Positions 1-17,169 of a stretch of DNA of 64,000 nucleotides are shown here, piece by piece. Numbering within the stretch: the stretch's first letter is position 1; every line of letters begins with the position of its first letter. Source of the stretch: the human T2T-CHM13v2.0 reference genome, Homo sapiens; the NCBI RefSeq assembly GCF_009914755.1, contig NC_060931.1, one strand, 5' to 3'. The translations under genes were made by a program, and so were the position numbers. Under the pieces are notes generated by a model, which made no database searches, had not been told where the DNA came from, and saw only the letters and a list, made by a program, of their open reading frames with translations.

Positions 1-1706
1 GAAGTGCTACACAACCCTGTGTTCTTTGATGACACAGAGCAACAGGGTCAGCTGATTACAACCTCAAATCTACCAAGACTGGAGACAAAGGCATTCAGTT
101 CTCCTCACAGGCCTGGTCAACATCCTACAGCATCTCAGCTTACTTAACTCAAATGCTTCCTAGGAAATGTTTCCATTGAGTTGGGTGCAGAGTAACAGGC
201 TTAACCTTAAGGTTCAGGATTCATGCTGCAAGGTTGGTGTGCTCACGTTACACACTCCCTCAGGCCTGTTCGCGACCACAGAAGGCCATGGCAGTAAGGG
301 GAAGCGGGGGGAGCTCTAAACCACGCCTTTCAGGATCTGTTCCTTCAAAGAGAGAAGTCAGGTGAGAACTAACAGGGCTACCCCACAGAGCAGGGCCAGG
401 GCAGCTGATTCGGAGGCTACGAACAGTCTCTTTTACTCCCAGCCTTCACTGGGGGGAGACACATAGTCACATCGAGCACATCAGCCCAGATTTCAGGGTC
501 CAAATTGGAACCCCAACAGCCCGTGAGGAGAGTTGAAGGCCCAGCATGAGGGTCAGGAAAGCCCCTCCTTGGCAGTGTTGCTCAGCAATCCTGGCGGAAA
601 TAGGGAGGACTCAGACTCACTGGAGTGGACCCTGGGCGTCAATAACAAAAGGCTCAATTCTTTTTTTTTTTTTTCTTCTTTTTTGAAATAGAGACGAGAT
701 CTCGCTATATCACCTGGGCTAGTTTCGAACCCTGGCTCAAGCAATGCTCCAGCCTCAGCCTCCCAAAGCCCTAGGATTATAGATGTGAGCCACTATGAAG
801 GGGCTCAATTCTGACTTACATTTCTAACAGATTTGGAGTGGCAAGGGAGCTTGGATCAAATAGTCAAATATTCTTCCATGGAGGAAAGGCAAAGAAAGGA
901 GAAGGTAACCCCTTAGGAAATATTTTAGTCTAAAAAAGAATATCTAATGATACCTCAGGAAACCTTCCCCTGAGATGGAAGGGACCACGTCTTCCCCACA
1001 TCACCATTTCAGCACTGAGAGCCCCCTTCCCAGGAATCTCTGGTCCCAGGTAAAGCAGGGCAGGTCATACCCAACTGCAGAGCCTGCCTCATGCCAGTGC
1101 CTCCTGACCTAAAAACACCTCGGGAATCATCTCTGGTGCTTCCTTTCCTTCAGCCAGCCTCAGTTACGAGGTGCTGAGAAGGGAGGAAGGCAGTGAGGAG
1201 AAGTGTGGGTGTCAGGCTCACCCCCATCAAGCTCTGCTACACTCAGTAACTGTGCCATAAAGGAAGAAGATGCTTATGGCCACATGTCACAGCCACACCT
1301 GTGTGTGAATTTTGTGCAATAGCTCTGGATCCTAGGTTGGCAGTGTTCTGCTGCTGTGGTCGCCTCCTGATTCTACAGCGAAGCATGGAGGCAGTATGGA
1401 AGGAGCGCTCTGGTAGATGAGGCTCCAGCAGTGAGGCTCCAGCTGAACAATGCTGCCTCTGCACGCTGGTACGCTGTACCAGCTACCAAGCTGTTCTCAG
1501 TGACAGCTGGAACCTCAGAGCATCTAGTTTGGAAGAGGTTAAGCTTTACATCTTCAGCCCACTTAAGGGGTAAAACAAATCAAGCCCCACACTCATGGGA
1601 AGGGGAGAGGATGGAAAGGAGGGGCAGGGATGATGGCACCAAGGGGAAGTGTCCAGAACACCATCTCTCTCACCCCCAAACCAGCCGGTTTCCCATCTGT
1701 TTTTAC

Positions 1707-1850
1707 CTTAATGGCTTTTGCGGTCTCCAGTGACTGCTCAGGAGGGATTCCCACCTCCCTCTCCCTTAGCAGCTGTTGAATGAAATACGTAATATCTCTA
1801 CCTGCAATCGGGATGTGTTTGATGCAGCTTCCAATTACATAACCTTCTGC
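1707..1850 (-). CDS. ACTR3C: ACTR3C coding exon (Arp3-type), 48 codons [48 protein letters not shown]
   Basis: Minus-strand translation is Arp3 sequence; flanked by ttccctAG acceptor and GTaaaa donor; 144 nt, phase 0. Confidence 0.93.
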
Positions 1851-3392
1851 CTAGGGAAGAAGAGGAGGCAGAACAGCTGTGTTAGTGATTTCGTGGTGGA
1901 GAGCAGCCTGGACTCACGAGGTTTCCTGCCTCAGCCTCCCTGTCTGCCCCTCACGGCACTGACAAGCATTGACAGAATCCCCACCCTCTGCAAGCTCAGT
2001 ACAGAAGGTCTTTCAAAAGGACTGCATATGCAATTCCATTAATATTCAAAATTCCAGATTATTCCAATAACCTGACACTCTCCAAAAGCAACCAAAATGA
2101 TTTCATTAGGAATATGAAAAGAAAAACCACATAAGATAGTTCATTTCCAAAAAGAAATGCTGTCTGTAAGAACACTAAACCCAATAGGTTCTTTCCCTAA
2201 CAAAAAGGAAAAAGTTTTATTTATAAATTGTTAAGCCAACTATAAATCTACTTACGTTTAAAAGTCAGCAATTTGGTTAATACACAGGGCTTAGATTCTA
2301 ACAACCTGGACTCAAATCCCAGCTCCACATTTGCAAGTTTCACATGCTTCAGCCTCAGCGCGTTTGTCCATCGTATGAGGCAAACAATACCCTGCTGGGG
2401 CCAATGATACAGTTCAGATGAAACTGCGTGTGTCGAGCACACAGCACTGGTTTTGGGGGCTGGGAGCCTCTCATTCCACTGCCTCCCTAAGCCAGTGAAG
2501 GCATGTCTGTGAGGGGCCAGGAAAGGAGGGTGACCACGACCTGGGCCGATCAATGGCAGGGCCAGTGTCAAGTGTCCACATGCCCACAGCAATGATGGGC
2601 CCAAAGCTCCCTCATCAGCCTTCCTGTGGGCACAGACCTGCCACAGGAGCCACAGGCTTGGACACACATCCAGCTTGTTCTACAGGGGATGAGCAGGATG
2701 CTGACCGTCAGAGTGGACAACGCCCACCGCTGGATCATCCGGTAAAGACACTCAGGTTTCACGTTACAGCACATCACAGCTTCTGTGCCACAGTCCCCAA
2801 ATGAGACAGAAGGGAACAGAAGTGAAACGCTGACTTCATTTTACAGATGTATTCATTCTAATAGCTGCATCTAGTCACCAGTAAAGTTGCAAGAACAACT
2901 TACTGAATTCCTCCTATGGTTTCTTTCTGATATACCTAACTTCCAGAAGCAAAAAAAGATTTAGCCTTTCTGCAGAGTCCAAGTATTTGTAAAGTATTTT
3001 AAGATGGAGATAAAAGTATAAATTACTAAAACTCAACTTAAACCCATAAAAATAATATTAGCTTTCTAACACATAAACTATTCACAATTACTATATTCTA
3101 TGCATTACACATAATATTTTCTAAAATACTGTTAAATAAATATCAGCTCATGACAGTGGTAAAAATATTAAAACAAGATACATGTCCAACAACAGAAAAA
3201 TAAATTATGTACTTCTTAAATGTATTTTCACAGAATATTTAACCACAAGAGAAAAAAACTAGGGTTAAATTAATACGCAAAATATAACCTTAGGATTGTA
3301 TTATATGTACAATCCCAAACCAGACATGAGACATTCCAATTGTGTTTAAAGTGTGTGTGTGTGTGCATGCATGCGTGCACACACGTGTCTTA

Positions 3393-3852
<460 letters not shown>

Positions 3853-4620
3853 TTAAAAATCTTTTCAAACAACTTTCTTAGTGGGCCTGGACACACTGTG
3901 AAATGTATTTTCTTTCCTTTTCCTAAATCAGACATAAGAAATAGGCAAAGAACCAAAGGGGGTGCAGGCCAGGGGCCTACGGGGGCCTCATCTTGGATCT
4001 CAGCAGCGCAGTTCTCTGAGGAAATGGCAGCCTGAGTTCTCGGTGAGTGCTCTGCACCCAGGGCACTAACTCTTCTCAAGATCCACCGAAAGGAGTGCTG
4101 AGACTGGCTTGAAGGGGGCTCAAGTCTAGAGCACACTTCACAGGGCAGGGCAGCCACCTCTCCTCCCGACAGGAAGGACACATAGCCAGGAGTACAAGGT
4201 ATGGGGGCGGGAGGCTGGCTTTTTTCTCCCTGACTGTAGGCCCATCGACCATTAAGCCTTTCCTCTGCAGTGATACCTAACCTTCAAGGAATTAAAGGCA
4301 TTGGTATTAGTACATCACCCCATCACCTTCTCAAAATGAAATGGTGACCATTTTTTCAATTAAATTAAATGATTTTTGAAAATCCTAATTTGCATTTTAA
4401 AAGAGCTGTGTGTATGTAAATATATACACAAACACACCCCCCCATATACATATGCAGAAACATTATCTGTAACATAACAGAAGTAACTAGCAATGGTGGT
4501 TCCTGAGGAGGAGACCTCAAAGGAGAAAGACCAGGATGAGTCTGACTTCCCTCTGAATACCCTCTTCAGACACTTCTGATACATTTTCCAAAAAAAATGA
4601 ATTTAAGATAATTCCTTTAA

Positions 4621-5053
<433 letters not shown>

Positions 5054-5568
5054 CTTAAATAAATTTTTAAAACAAAAAGCAATTTTTCCAAGCTTGAGCT
5101 GGTTGCCATTCACATCTTTTCAGAGAACACAGATGTGCTCCTTCAAATGGCCACGCACTGCACCTACAAATTCAACATCCAAAACGGTGTCTATCTCCCA
5201 ACATGTCGGAATAACCCCGGAAAATGTTCTTGTTGATGTTACACCCACGGGGATCAAGCAGAGGCTCTGAAGATCCAGAGACATCCTGGACATTCTCTGA
5301 CATTCTGACTGTAAAAATATGCCACCATGAATTGAAAATTGCCAAAGCCACAATAATTGGCCATCCTTTTCATTCTTTCCCACATACTTGGGGAATTCCT
5401 TTATATAAGGTGGCAAAAAATAAAAAACTTTTATTATCTTTCTAAGTACAACTATCATCTAAATTGTATTTTCATTACAGAAGAGGTTTTTTTTTTTTTT
5501 AATTTCCATCCTTACCTCGAATCAGGTGTTAAGCCTACAGAGACTTATATATTAACTATTCTGCTTAC

Positions 5569-5676
5569 CACTGGGATAACATGGGTGACTCCATCTCCGC
5601 TGTCAATGACTATCCCCGTTAATGTACGTTCACCCACTTGTCGAGATGTCCAAGATGCCGCCAAGGCCAGCACTGC
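5569..5676 (-). CDS. ACTR3C: ACTR3C coding exon, 36 codons [36 protein letters not shown] (actin-fold phosphate-2 loop DSGDG)
   Basis: Arp3 motif; ttttctccAG acceptor and GTaagc donor; 108 nt, phase 0. Confidence 0.93.
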
Positions 5677-5813
5677 CTGGAGAAAAGACATGAAAACCGC
5701 TCGCACATAGGAACTCTTTCTAAAGCCACCTGCCTGCTCCTTCCAGGTCCAATCAACAAACTCTCTTACTTAATATGTCTGAGTAACTCTTTCCTTTTCC
5801 TATCCATCCTCTA

Positions 5814-6225
<412 letters not shown>

Positions 6226-6299
6226 AAGGTTTTACAAAGAAAAGCCAGTGAAAAAGATATTTCATTATAGAATCATAAGATTTTAATTTCTACTTCATT

Positions 6300-6700
6300 G
6301 GTTTCCGGCGTGGGGCCACAGATTGGCAATGAGGTCACTTGTGGCGTTGTTTAAAATACAGATTACTAGGCCTCACACCCAGAAATTCTAATCTGGAAGG
6401 TACAGGGTAATTTTTCAACCAAAGAAAATGTTGCCCCAAAGGGAACATCTGACAATATCTGGTACCATTTTCTTCGTCGGGGCGGGGAGGCTTGAGGTGG
6501 GGCTGCTGTCTTCTAGTGGGCAGAGGCCAGGGATGCCGCTACGCTCCCCGCAATGCACACGGCGGCGCCCACAACAAAGGACTACCCAGCCCAAAGCACT
6601 GAGGGTGGAAAACCCTGGTCGAAGACGAAGCCCAAAATCTGTGCTTCTAAAAACATTCTCCAGGTAAACTTGCTGCACAGACCACTTTGAGAACCACCAG
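6300..6700. mobile_element. hAT-family MITE remnants (MER5-like with a nested MER20-like element)
   Basis: CAGATT...CCCAGAAATTCTAAT and ACCACTTTGAGAACCAC; GAGGCCAGGGATGCCGCT core. Confidence 0.5.
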
Positions 6701-7508
6701 TCTTATGTCTCCTGAAGTGTTTCCCTAGGCCATGGAATATAAGTAACTTAGCCAGGGGGAAGATCTGTAGTTAAATGAATTTGGAAGTGCTAGAATACAT
6801 AGATTTCGACACAGGAATGCTCAGAGCCTGGACTGTGCTGATAGGCACTGTGAATCAGCCCGAGAAAGCTGCAGGATGCAGCATCGCCCAAATTCATCTT
6901 TCTATGGAACTTTTCCTCCTCCTCCTCCTCCTTAGAAGTGACTAGTATTATGCAGAAAACATTTGGGCAACACCCATCTCATTTATTCCCCAAAATTTCA
7001 GTCAATTCCCTTACATAAGGTGGCAGGCAAATAATGACCAAATGCAACCAAAAAATATCACACCAAGAACCGCAGCTTCAGAACAAGTTCTGCGAGCTCA
7101 TGAAAACACAGGGTCCCTCAGAATCAAGTACACTGGGACTCATAAGAGCCCAAAATCGGAAAGGGGAAACCTCTAAAGGTAATTATTTTGTTTTTCTGAT
7201 CAAAGTCAAAGATGCCAAAAGAAGAAGCACATCTACACCTATATCTTGTCACCCAGATAAAAATGCATGAGACTTTAATGCATGTAAAAAGAGCCAGACG
7301 ACGTCTATACCAAAAAATGGCATCAATATAAAAAGAAAAGTCATGGGACACCTTCCCTATAGTCCTGAATGGCATGGGGACGGGGGAGGGAGTGGAAAAA
7401 GGAAGGGCACACAGCGCAGTCTTCCAGCGGAGAACCTTGGGAAATACCATTTCTTCCGCTACTAGACAGCTCAGGTGCTTTAGGAATCACAAACATAACT
7501 GGTTTTAC

Positions 7509-7604
7509 CTGAACTGCAATGTAGAGTCCTGGAACGTTAAATGATTCGAACATAATTTCTGCAAGATACTCTCTGTTTTCTGGTGTATTGAGTGGAGGTT
7601 CTGT
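7509..7604 (-). CDS. ACTR3C: ACTR3C exon [32 protein letters not shown]; first in-exon ATG at 7553 (MFESFNV...)
   Basis: Arp3 motif in ORF 7341..7622; ttcttacAG acceptor, GTaaaa donor; 96 nt, phase 0. No more N-terminal Arp3 exons were seen upstream, which fits the truncated paralogue ACTR3C beside LRRC61. Confidence 0.9.
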
Positions 7605-8325
7605 CTGTAAGAAAACATTCACTATATTTAGTGTTTACCCAAATTTCATGTAAATACATCAGAACCATAAACAGGTTAACCTGAAAGTATGTTAGCGAGG
7701 ACATTATACAATTCCCTAATTTTACAGACAGAGGATGCCCAAAGTGTATTAAAGAAATCTGGCCGTGGGCCTTAAAAGCTTTAAGACGTCAGAGTAAATA
7801 CTTCTCTGAAGGCCTCTGTTCTTATTACCCACCCAAATTAGAACAAGTTACAGAAAAAGAAACTCTTATCTTCAATAACATAACACCTAAACACCCTGAA
7901 ACTGAATATCCCAGAAGCAAGTTGCCAAGGGCTATGAAAACACAACCAAGACGAGTGAGGACATCAAAGGCGAACCGGTGACTTCAGGTCTCAGCAAAGG
8001 AGAGCCAGAGGAGCAGCAGCAAGCCCTTGCTCAGGACAGGCCGGTGTGAGGAGCCACAGGGTGGCAGAGCAGGCAGGGTTAGGCCAAGCACCCTTACAGT
8101 CCAGCGGCAAGGGAAGAGTCCAGGGCAGATCACAGCTTCCCCCAGACGCTGCCCAGGACCTCCCCAGCCTACCCACACGCCATTAGTCCAGAAGAACTCT
8201 GCTCATTCAGAGACGAGTAAGGGGCACAAAGAAGCCAGCCAACAGTGATATAAAAACACTCAAAGAGAAAGAAAAGGGACAGAGAAAAGAGGAAAAACAA
8301 ATGGCAGACAAAAACACATATCCAG

Positions 8326-8625
8326 GGGCAGGCGTGGTAGCTCACGCCCATCATCCTAGCACTTTAGGAGGCTGAGGAGGGAGGATCACTTGAGTCCAGG
8401 AGTTTGAGACCAGCCTGGGCAATATTGGGAGACCCCACCTCTATGAAAAAATTTAAAAGTCAGCCAAGTGTGGTGGCACATGCCTGTGATCCCAGCTACT
8501 CGGGGGCTGAGGTAGGACCACTTGAGCCTCGGAGGTGAAGACTACATGAACCAAGATTGTGCCACTGCACTCCAACCTGGGTGACAGAGCAAGATCCTGT
8601 CTCCAAAAGACCGAAAAAAAAAAAT
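8326..8625 (+). mobile_element. AluJ-like
   Basis: Diverged dimeric Alu. Confidence 0.85.
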
Positions 8626-8907
8626 ATCTGGAAAAATATTGAAACAAAGCAGATAAAAATTCCCAAGAATTTCCAAAGACATTTCCAAGAATCCAAGTAT
8701 CTATTTTAAAACAATAACCATCATCAAACAGGAGGAAATGACAGACAACAGAAACAGAAAAAGAATAAATAAACTTGATTTTTCTCATTCAACAATATAC
8801 TATGAACATTTTTCCTTGTCAACAAATATGGGTCTATATCTCGTATTTAAAACTGAAAAAATAAAAAGTCTCTGGACCTTTGGGCAAAACGTATACATTA
8901 CCCTTTA

Positions 8908-9334
8908 TTATGAATGAACTGTGCTCCCCCTACCTCCAGTTCATACATTAAAGCCCTAACTCCCAGTGTACTATAATTGGAAATAGGGCCTTTCAAGAGG
9001 TCATCACGGTTACCTGAGGTCATAGGGGTGGGGCCCTAATTTGACAGGACTGGAGGAAGGTCTTCTAAGAAAAGGAAGAGACACCAGAAATCAGTCTCTC
9101 TCTCCTATTCTCTCCCCACTCTACGCTCACACAGGGGAAAGGCATGTGAGGACCCAGCAGGAAAGGTGACCACATACAAGCCAGGAAGAGGGCTGCGCCA
9201 GGAGCCAACCCCGACGGCACCTCGACCTTGGACTTCTAACCTCCAGAACTGTGAGAAAACAACGAACTGTCTGCTGTTTAAGCCACCCAACCTGTGGTAT
9301 AAACAAAATTACAGCAGCCGAGTAGACTAATACA
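8908..9334 (+). mobile_element. MaLR LTR (MLT1-type)
   Basis: CCTAACTCCCAGTG, GGACTTCTAACCTCCAGAACTGTGAGA, ends ACTAATACA. Confidence 0.65.
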
Positions 9335-9738
9335 CCCCTACGACAGGGAAAGTACAATCAGCCTCAGCCTTCAACACGGCTACATTTAACACTAGGACAC
9401 ATAGGGCCACACTTAAGAGTCTTCAAGGGAAGAAGGTACGACCCAAGAATTCTATATCTGGCCACAGTGTCAATCAAGTATGTTACAAAATCAAAATATC
9501 TAATATTTGAGATGATGGATATGCTAATTACCCTGATCTGATAACCACACATTATATGTATCAAAACTTCACTCTGTACCCCATAAATATGCACATTATG
9601 TGTCAATTTAAAAAAAAAACAATAAAATAAAATACTAAGGAGAAAAAATATATATCCTTAAACATACAAGAACTTGGAAAATTTCATTCCCATGAGCCAA
9701 AATGTATGGGTTCATGAACTATTAGAGGATAAACTTTA

Positions 9739-10168
<430 letters not shown>

Positions 10169-11231
10169 TTATAAATTTTAATGGAAAAAAATGATATCAA
10201 GTTGAGCAGTGCACAAGGAAAGAAGGAGAGAGTGTAAAGACACTTGCCTCTTACAGTGAAATCAAAAGATATTATTTAAAACTGATAAAGTATCAGAGGC
10301 ATTAGTAAACATAAAGTTATAAATGTTAACACTGGAATAAGTTTAGTAACATCATTAATCAAAAGCAGGTGGTGGAGAGAAGGAAGGGGAGGCAAGAACA
10401 TGTGGCAATACCAACCTGGTCACTGATTACAGCAGGAAGGAGCTAGTTACCCCTAAACAAATACAGGGTAAACATATCAAATTATACTAAAATATGCAAA
10501 CATGAGTCCTTTTAATCATTACCAAGAACACACACCCAATACAAAGCAAAGAGAAAAATAAGTCTTCAGTTAAAAAATACTAATACATAAATAAAGTACA
10601 TTAAAAACATGAAGCATAACATTTTAAAAAAATAGTTAAATTAAGACCAAACATATCTGTCACACAGTAGCATGCCATACCAGTCCGATTAAGAGATGTG
10701 AAGTCAAACTGACTGGGATCAAATCCCAGCCTTCCACTTTACTAGGCTTGGTAAGCTATTTCCTCTCTCCCTGAGTCTCCTCATGGGTAAAGTGCAGGTA
10801 ATTAGTACCCCACTCAGAGAGTTGGAAAGATTAAAGGCAGTCTAAATAATGTGCTTAGAGCAGTACTGGATACACAGATGTGTTCAATGGAAGTGAGTTG
10901 CTATTACTAAAATTATCAGCAAATACAAATGGGAAATTCAACTACTAAAAGTCTCTCAGTTAAAAACAAAAACAAAATCAAATTACATTCTGAGGTTAAG
11001 AGACCCAACTAAAACAAAGTAGCTTGGAAAGGTAAAAAGTCAACATTGTCTGTATCAGAAGATCAGAAACAACCTAAATACCCATCACTAAACACTTTGG
11101 AACAATTTAAAAAAATGAACTCTATGAAGAAACAATCTCTATGATGAATTGTTAAGTGAAAAAGAGAAAGGTGTCTCCATTCCGTATACATTCTTAAATA
11201 TCCTTCTGCTTCAACAATTTGTAATGAAAAC

Positions 11232-12645
<1,414 letters not shown>

Positions 12646-13899
12646 CAAGTGTGTGCTAACCCATATGCCTACACACAATCACCCCTGGAACATGAACAAT
12701 CAGCTGGCTAAGAACGGGTAAGGGCGGCTTCCTCTAGGCAGGAAAGAGGCGAGGGGGGCACGCTCTCTAGAAATCTTCCAGCACCTTTTCAGTTCTGCAC
12801 TGTGTGTGCATCACTTCTTCAAACAACAAGCAAGCAAATCTACCTACCAACTAGCCTGGCACTTTAAACTCTGGCACAGCAGCTGGTGAAAAGTTCAAAC
12901 ACACTGCCCCAAGTAAGTTTTAGTCACTGTAATTAGAATCCATCAATTCCTGGATGGGAGAGAGGAAGCCATCTCAAAATGTGGAAGGGAGAATAATGAA
13001 GTCATACTCAAACACAGGCTGCAAATAGGGAACCTAAAAAGCACTCCACAACATGGTATTTATTTCAATGCGCCTACTCGGGCTGAGGAGATTAAATCTG
13101 CTAATAGCAGTGAAGTGCCCAGAACACAGTTAGAAGTATAAATGTTAGCGATTACTACTTTAGATTTCCTTCATTTAAAGCACGTGAGTAAGAGATGCAG
13201 ATTCCAATAGTAGTGTGTACAATCTCTCTCTTAAGCTACCTCCTATCGATCTGAAAAGCGGGCCTAATAACATCACCTATCTCAGAGGGTTGTTGGTGGC
13301 ATTAAAAATGAGTTAATACTTATAAACACTTAGAATGGGGCTGGGCACATAGAAGTACTCAATAAACAGCCATAATAGCCAATATTGTATCTCATTCCAG
13401 AAGAAATAACATATTAACTGAAGAAACCTATGTTTGTCATCTTGAATAGGAACCCAAGCATAATTATAAGTGAAATAAACAAAATATTTAAACTGAGTAG
13501 AGGTGGGGAAGTATCAGGAGAGAAAGGTTAAGAAGGTATGAAGATTTCTGAGTACAGCTGGGGAAGGTTTCTTGCCTCCCAGCAAAGAGATGCCTGTTTA
13601 ACCTGAAGCAAAAACAGACCTGTAGGAAGACATCACCAACAAGAATCAGATTAACCCTGGCTCCCTGCATTCTCTCTGGGTCTAAGTTCAGTGTGAAATG
13701 ATGATCCAAATAAATCCCAGATGGATGAAGATTAAATACAAACATCAAAGGAAAATGGGTTTTACCAACATACAAATTTAAAGTTATGGATGTCCAAATG
13801 AAATAACCAAAAGAGAAAGGCAAAAAATTAACTGAGTAAAACTAACCTGCTGCAAATATAACAACAAAAGAAGCTTTCTATCTTAATTATATGAAAGCT

Positions 13900-14302
13900 T
13901 CCAGAGAATAAGCAGAATGTGGTATCTATGTACAATGGAATATTATTCAGCCTTAAAAAGAAAGGAATCCTGGCACATGCTTCAACATGGATGAAGCATG
14001 AAGACGCTAAGTGAAGTAAGCTGGTCACAAAAGGACAAATACTATATGATTCCATTTATATGAGGGCCCTAGAGTCATCAAATGTATAGAGACAGAAAGT
14101 AAAATGGGCATTCCAGGGGCAGGTAAAGGAGTAAAGAGAATTCGTGTTCAATGGGGACAGAGTTTTAGTTTGGGAAGATGAAAAGGCTTCTGGAGACAGA
14201 CGGTGGCAATGGTTTGTGAATGTGCCTAATGCCACCAAGCTGTACATTCAAAAATGGTTCAAATGATAAATTCTGTTATGTGTATTTTAGAATAAAAAAA
14301 AG
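13900..14302 (+). mobile_element. L1M 3' end fragment
   Basis: ATGGAATATTATTCAGCCTTAAAAAG...ATGATTCCATTTATATGAGG...A-tail. Confidence 0.7.
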
Positions 14303-16050
14303 TTAAGTAAAAACAAAGTTCATAGAAATCACAGCAACAAGAAAAGCAATAAAACAACGATACGTAAAAGAGCACAGGGCATGAACAGACAGCTCGCAAA
14401 AGAGGAAATACAACTAACTAATGTGGAAAAACGTATAAGGTCAAAGTTATCAAAAATGCAAATGTAAAGCATATGGCAAATTTTAATCCATTAAATGATC
14501 AAAAATAATATTAATGCTGACAAGAGTACAAAGAAAGCAAGCCTCTTGCGCGGTGCTGACGGCAGTCTGAAATGGCACACTGTGCAGAGACTAATAAAAT
14601 TACTAACACTGCTGAACTCCATAATCAAACACTGCTAGTTCTTTTTAAGTAAAAAAGACTCGAAATACAGGAAAAACTGTATGCACAAAGATTACATTAT
14701 TTCTTATAAAACCAAGAAAATGACTAAAAATAGTGGAACTGCTAAGCAGGAAATACCTACTAGACAGATTATCATATAGCTGTTAAAATAAGGGTTATGA
14801 AAACTGTAAGGAAATGAGGAGTATAATATTGGGTGTAAAATCATTTTAAAAATGGGTAAAAAGATTAAATGAAAATATACTAAATGTCAACAGTACCTAT
14901 GTTAATGTGATAAGACTATAAAAATCCCACAGATATCTTCCAAATTTTCTATACCACACTTACAATTCTACTGTAGTGAAGGGGGAAATGATCTCTATGT
15001 GAAGTGTTAAACTCCGAGTTATGGCTGTGGGGCAAGATCACACAAACTCCTCATCTAACTTCCCAATTTCCTAATGTATTTTATCCACAGACAGACTTAC
15101 GGCAGCAAGATGGCAATGCCAAGCAGGAGACGCAGCACATCTTGCCACAGCTTCCTCCTGGCCAGAGGCTCCCTAACGTGGGTGACACTCTCCACATAGG
15201 TAAAATCCAGCCAGAGTTGTGAAAGCAGCTGAATCTCTCCCTTGCTACTGTCTTCATGCCTTTGAGTGACACCACTATGACAGGCATTGAGTTGCTCTTA
15301 CCAACACTGCAAGTTTGTGACTGACAGACCACTGATCTATGATGGGAAATGGCAACAGGCCCAGAAAAAAGCATTTCCCAGACTTCCTTGTGGACAGGGA
15401 TGACTAAGTAAGTTCAGGCCAGTAAGACACAAAAGCTGGAGAATGGTTGCCAGGAAAGCTCCTTACAAAGCTGAGGTAGACTCAAGTCGTAGACTTGCCT
15501 CCTGCCCTTAACACCCTCCTCCTTCCTGGAACACAGAGGTGATAGCTGGAGGTGCAGTAATCAACTTGTGATCATGAGGCATCCTTAGAATGAAAGCCAT
15601 ATATTCAAGACACTAGAGTAGAGAGATTGTTAGCCACACCAGAGAGCTGCCATATCAGCACTGGACTCTACTGCAAATTTATTTAAGAAAAATAAAGCCT
15701 TAACTTTTTTAAACTACTGCTTTTATACTTCTATTACTTGCTGCCAAAAACATTTCACTGTCTTTGAAGAATTAAAATCTATGTATTTCCATTTAAAGGA
15801 ACATTTACAATATAATGATGTTCTCCTGGTTCTTGAATCAAAATCGATGTTATTCAGGCCACATCCTTATGGGTTCTGAGGACCACAATCACAAACCCTC
15901 CGTCTTCCTCAACCTCCCATTTCATCTCTATCCACCACTATTGATGTTATAATTATTCCTTTAGGAGACAAATGTATTATTCTCAAACTATTATTTATAA
16001 CAAGATCTAAATTGGAGATGTCCAGTTATTCTGGGGTTTTTTCTCTCTTT

Positions 16051-16092
16051 AAGACTAGTCAAGTGCAGCAGTGAGAAGAAGAGAAAGAGAAT
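16051..16092 (-). pseudogene. 5'-truncated Y1 RNA retrocopy
   Basis: AAGACTAGTCAAGTGCAGCAGTGAGAAG is the reverse complement of the hY1 3' end (1 mismatch in 28 against the recalled sequence); T-rich tail; similar flanks tctggggtttttt and tctggttttttt. Confidence 0.65.
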
Positions 16093-16432
16093 AATCTGGT
16101 TTTTTAAATATAGAAGCATATGATCAAAGCATCAATGAATGCAAGCTACACAAACATTTTTATTCATAACAATGGTAAAATTATCACCTGGTATTGATTT
16201 AAAAGTGAATAATGACTATCATAAAACCAACCCATATTTCTGGATAAAGATAGAAAATTGAACACATGTATCTAATATTACTCCACCTCCATGCCCCTCT
16301 AAAACTACAGTAAAGAAACATTTTTAAAAATACAAATCCTCAAGGAAGCGAGAATAGGAGAGGAGGCGACAATATACTGGAAGCTGGAAAGTACGTGCAG
16401 GAGGTGACTTAGCAAATCCAAGAAAGCTGACC

Positions 16433-16476
16433 TCTACACTGGCTAGGTCTACACTGGCTAGGTCTACACTGGTTAG
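16433..16476. repeat. 15-bp tandem repeat x3 (TCTACACTGGCTAGG)
   Basis: Units start at 16433, 16448 and 16463. Confidence 0.9.
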
Positions 16477-17169
16477 TGAAGTGCACAAGGCAGGTCTAAC
16501 CATTCTCAAGAATTCAGGAAGGAAACTAGGACATAACGCAATTGTGATTCAGATGTAGGGCACTGCTATGGCTAGCATTTTTTTATTTCACCAGGTTCAT
16601 GAGGAAAATGATTTCACAGAGCACTAACTTTACCTAGAGATTTCAAGATAATCATGTATTCGTAGGTTCATCTCTAAAATACCAAGGATGGTACGTTTTA
16701 TTTTTAGTAATCAGAGTTAATTTTCCATCAACTATCAACACGTGAATGCTACTGACTCCTACATCAACACCTGCTGCTTGGAGCTGGCTGCTCCTCGGCT
16801 TCTTTACCTGTGTAGCCCAGTCAGACCCTTCGACCTCAGCATGTACAAAACCAAACTCTCCTTCTTCCTCCTCCCTCCCTCCCTCAAGTGAGTTTCTTCT
16901 CATGTTTCCCATCTTAACCAATCACATTATCATCCATGCACTGCCCCATCTCAAAATCTGAGTCATCCTAGATTTCTCTCTTAACTGCTACCAATTCTCA
17001 TCACTAAGACCCATCAATTCTACCTCCTGTATATCTCTGCTAACTATATGTAACTTACCCCAACCAACTGTACATGCTCCAAAAACACAACAGCATACAA
17101 AAGCTAGTGAGGGTACAAGCCAGAACAATGAGGCCAAATATGAGAGCAGGCGAAATAACTCCATGAGTG

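Noticed and set aside
2553-2804. ORFs in the ACTR3C intron as an extra Arp3 exon
   Set aside because: No Arp3 similarity, and the flanking exons already join seamlessly (VIPV-AEGY)
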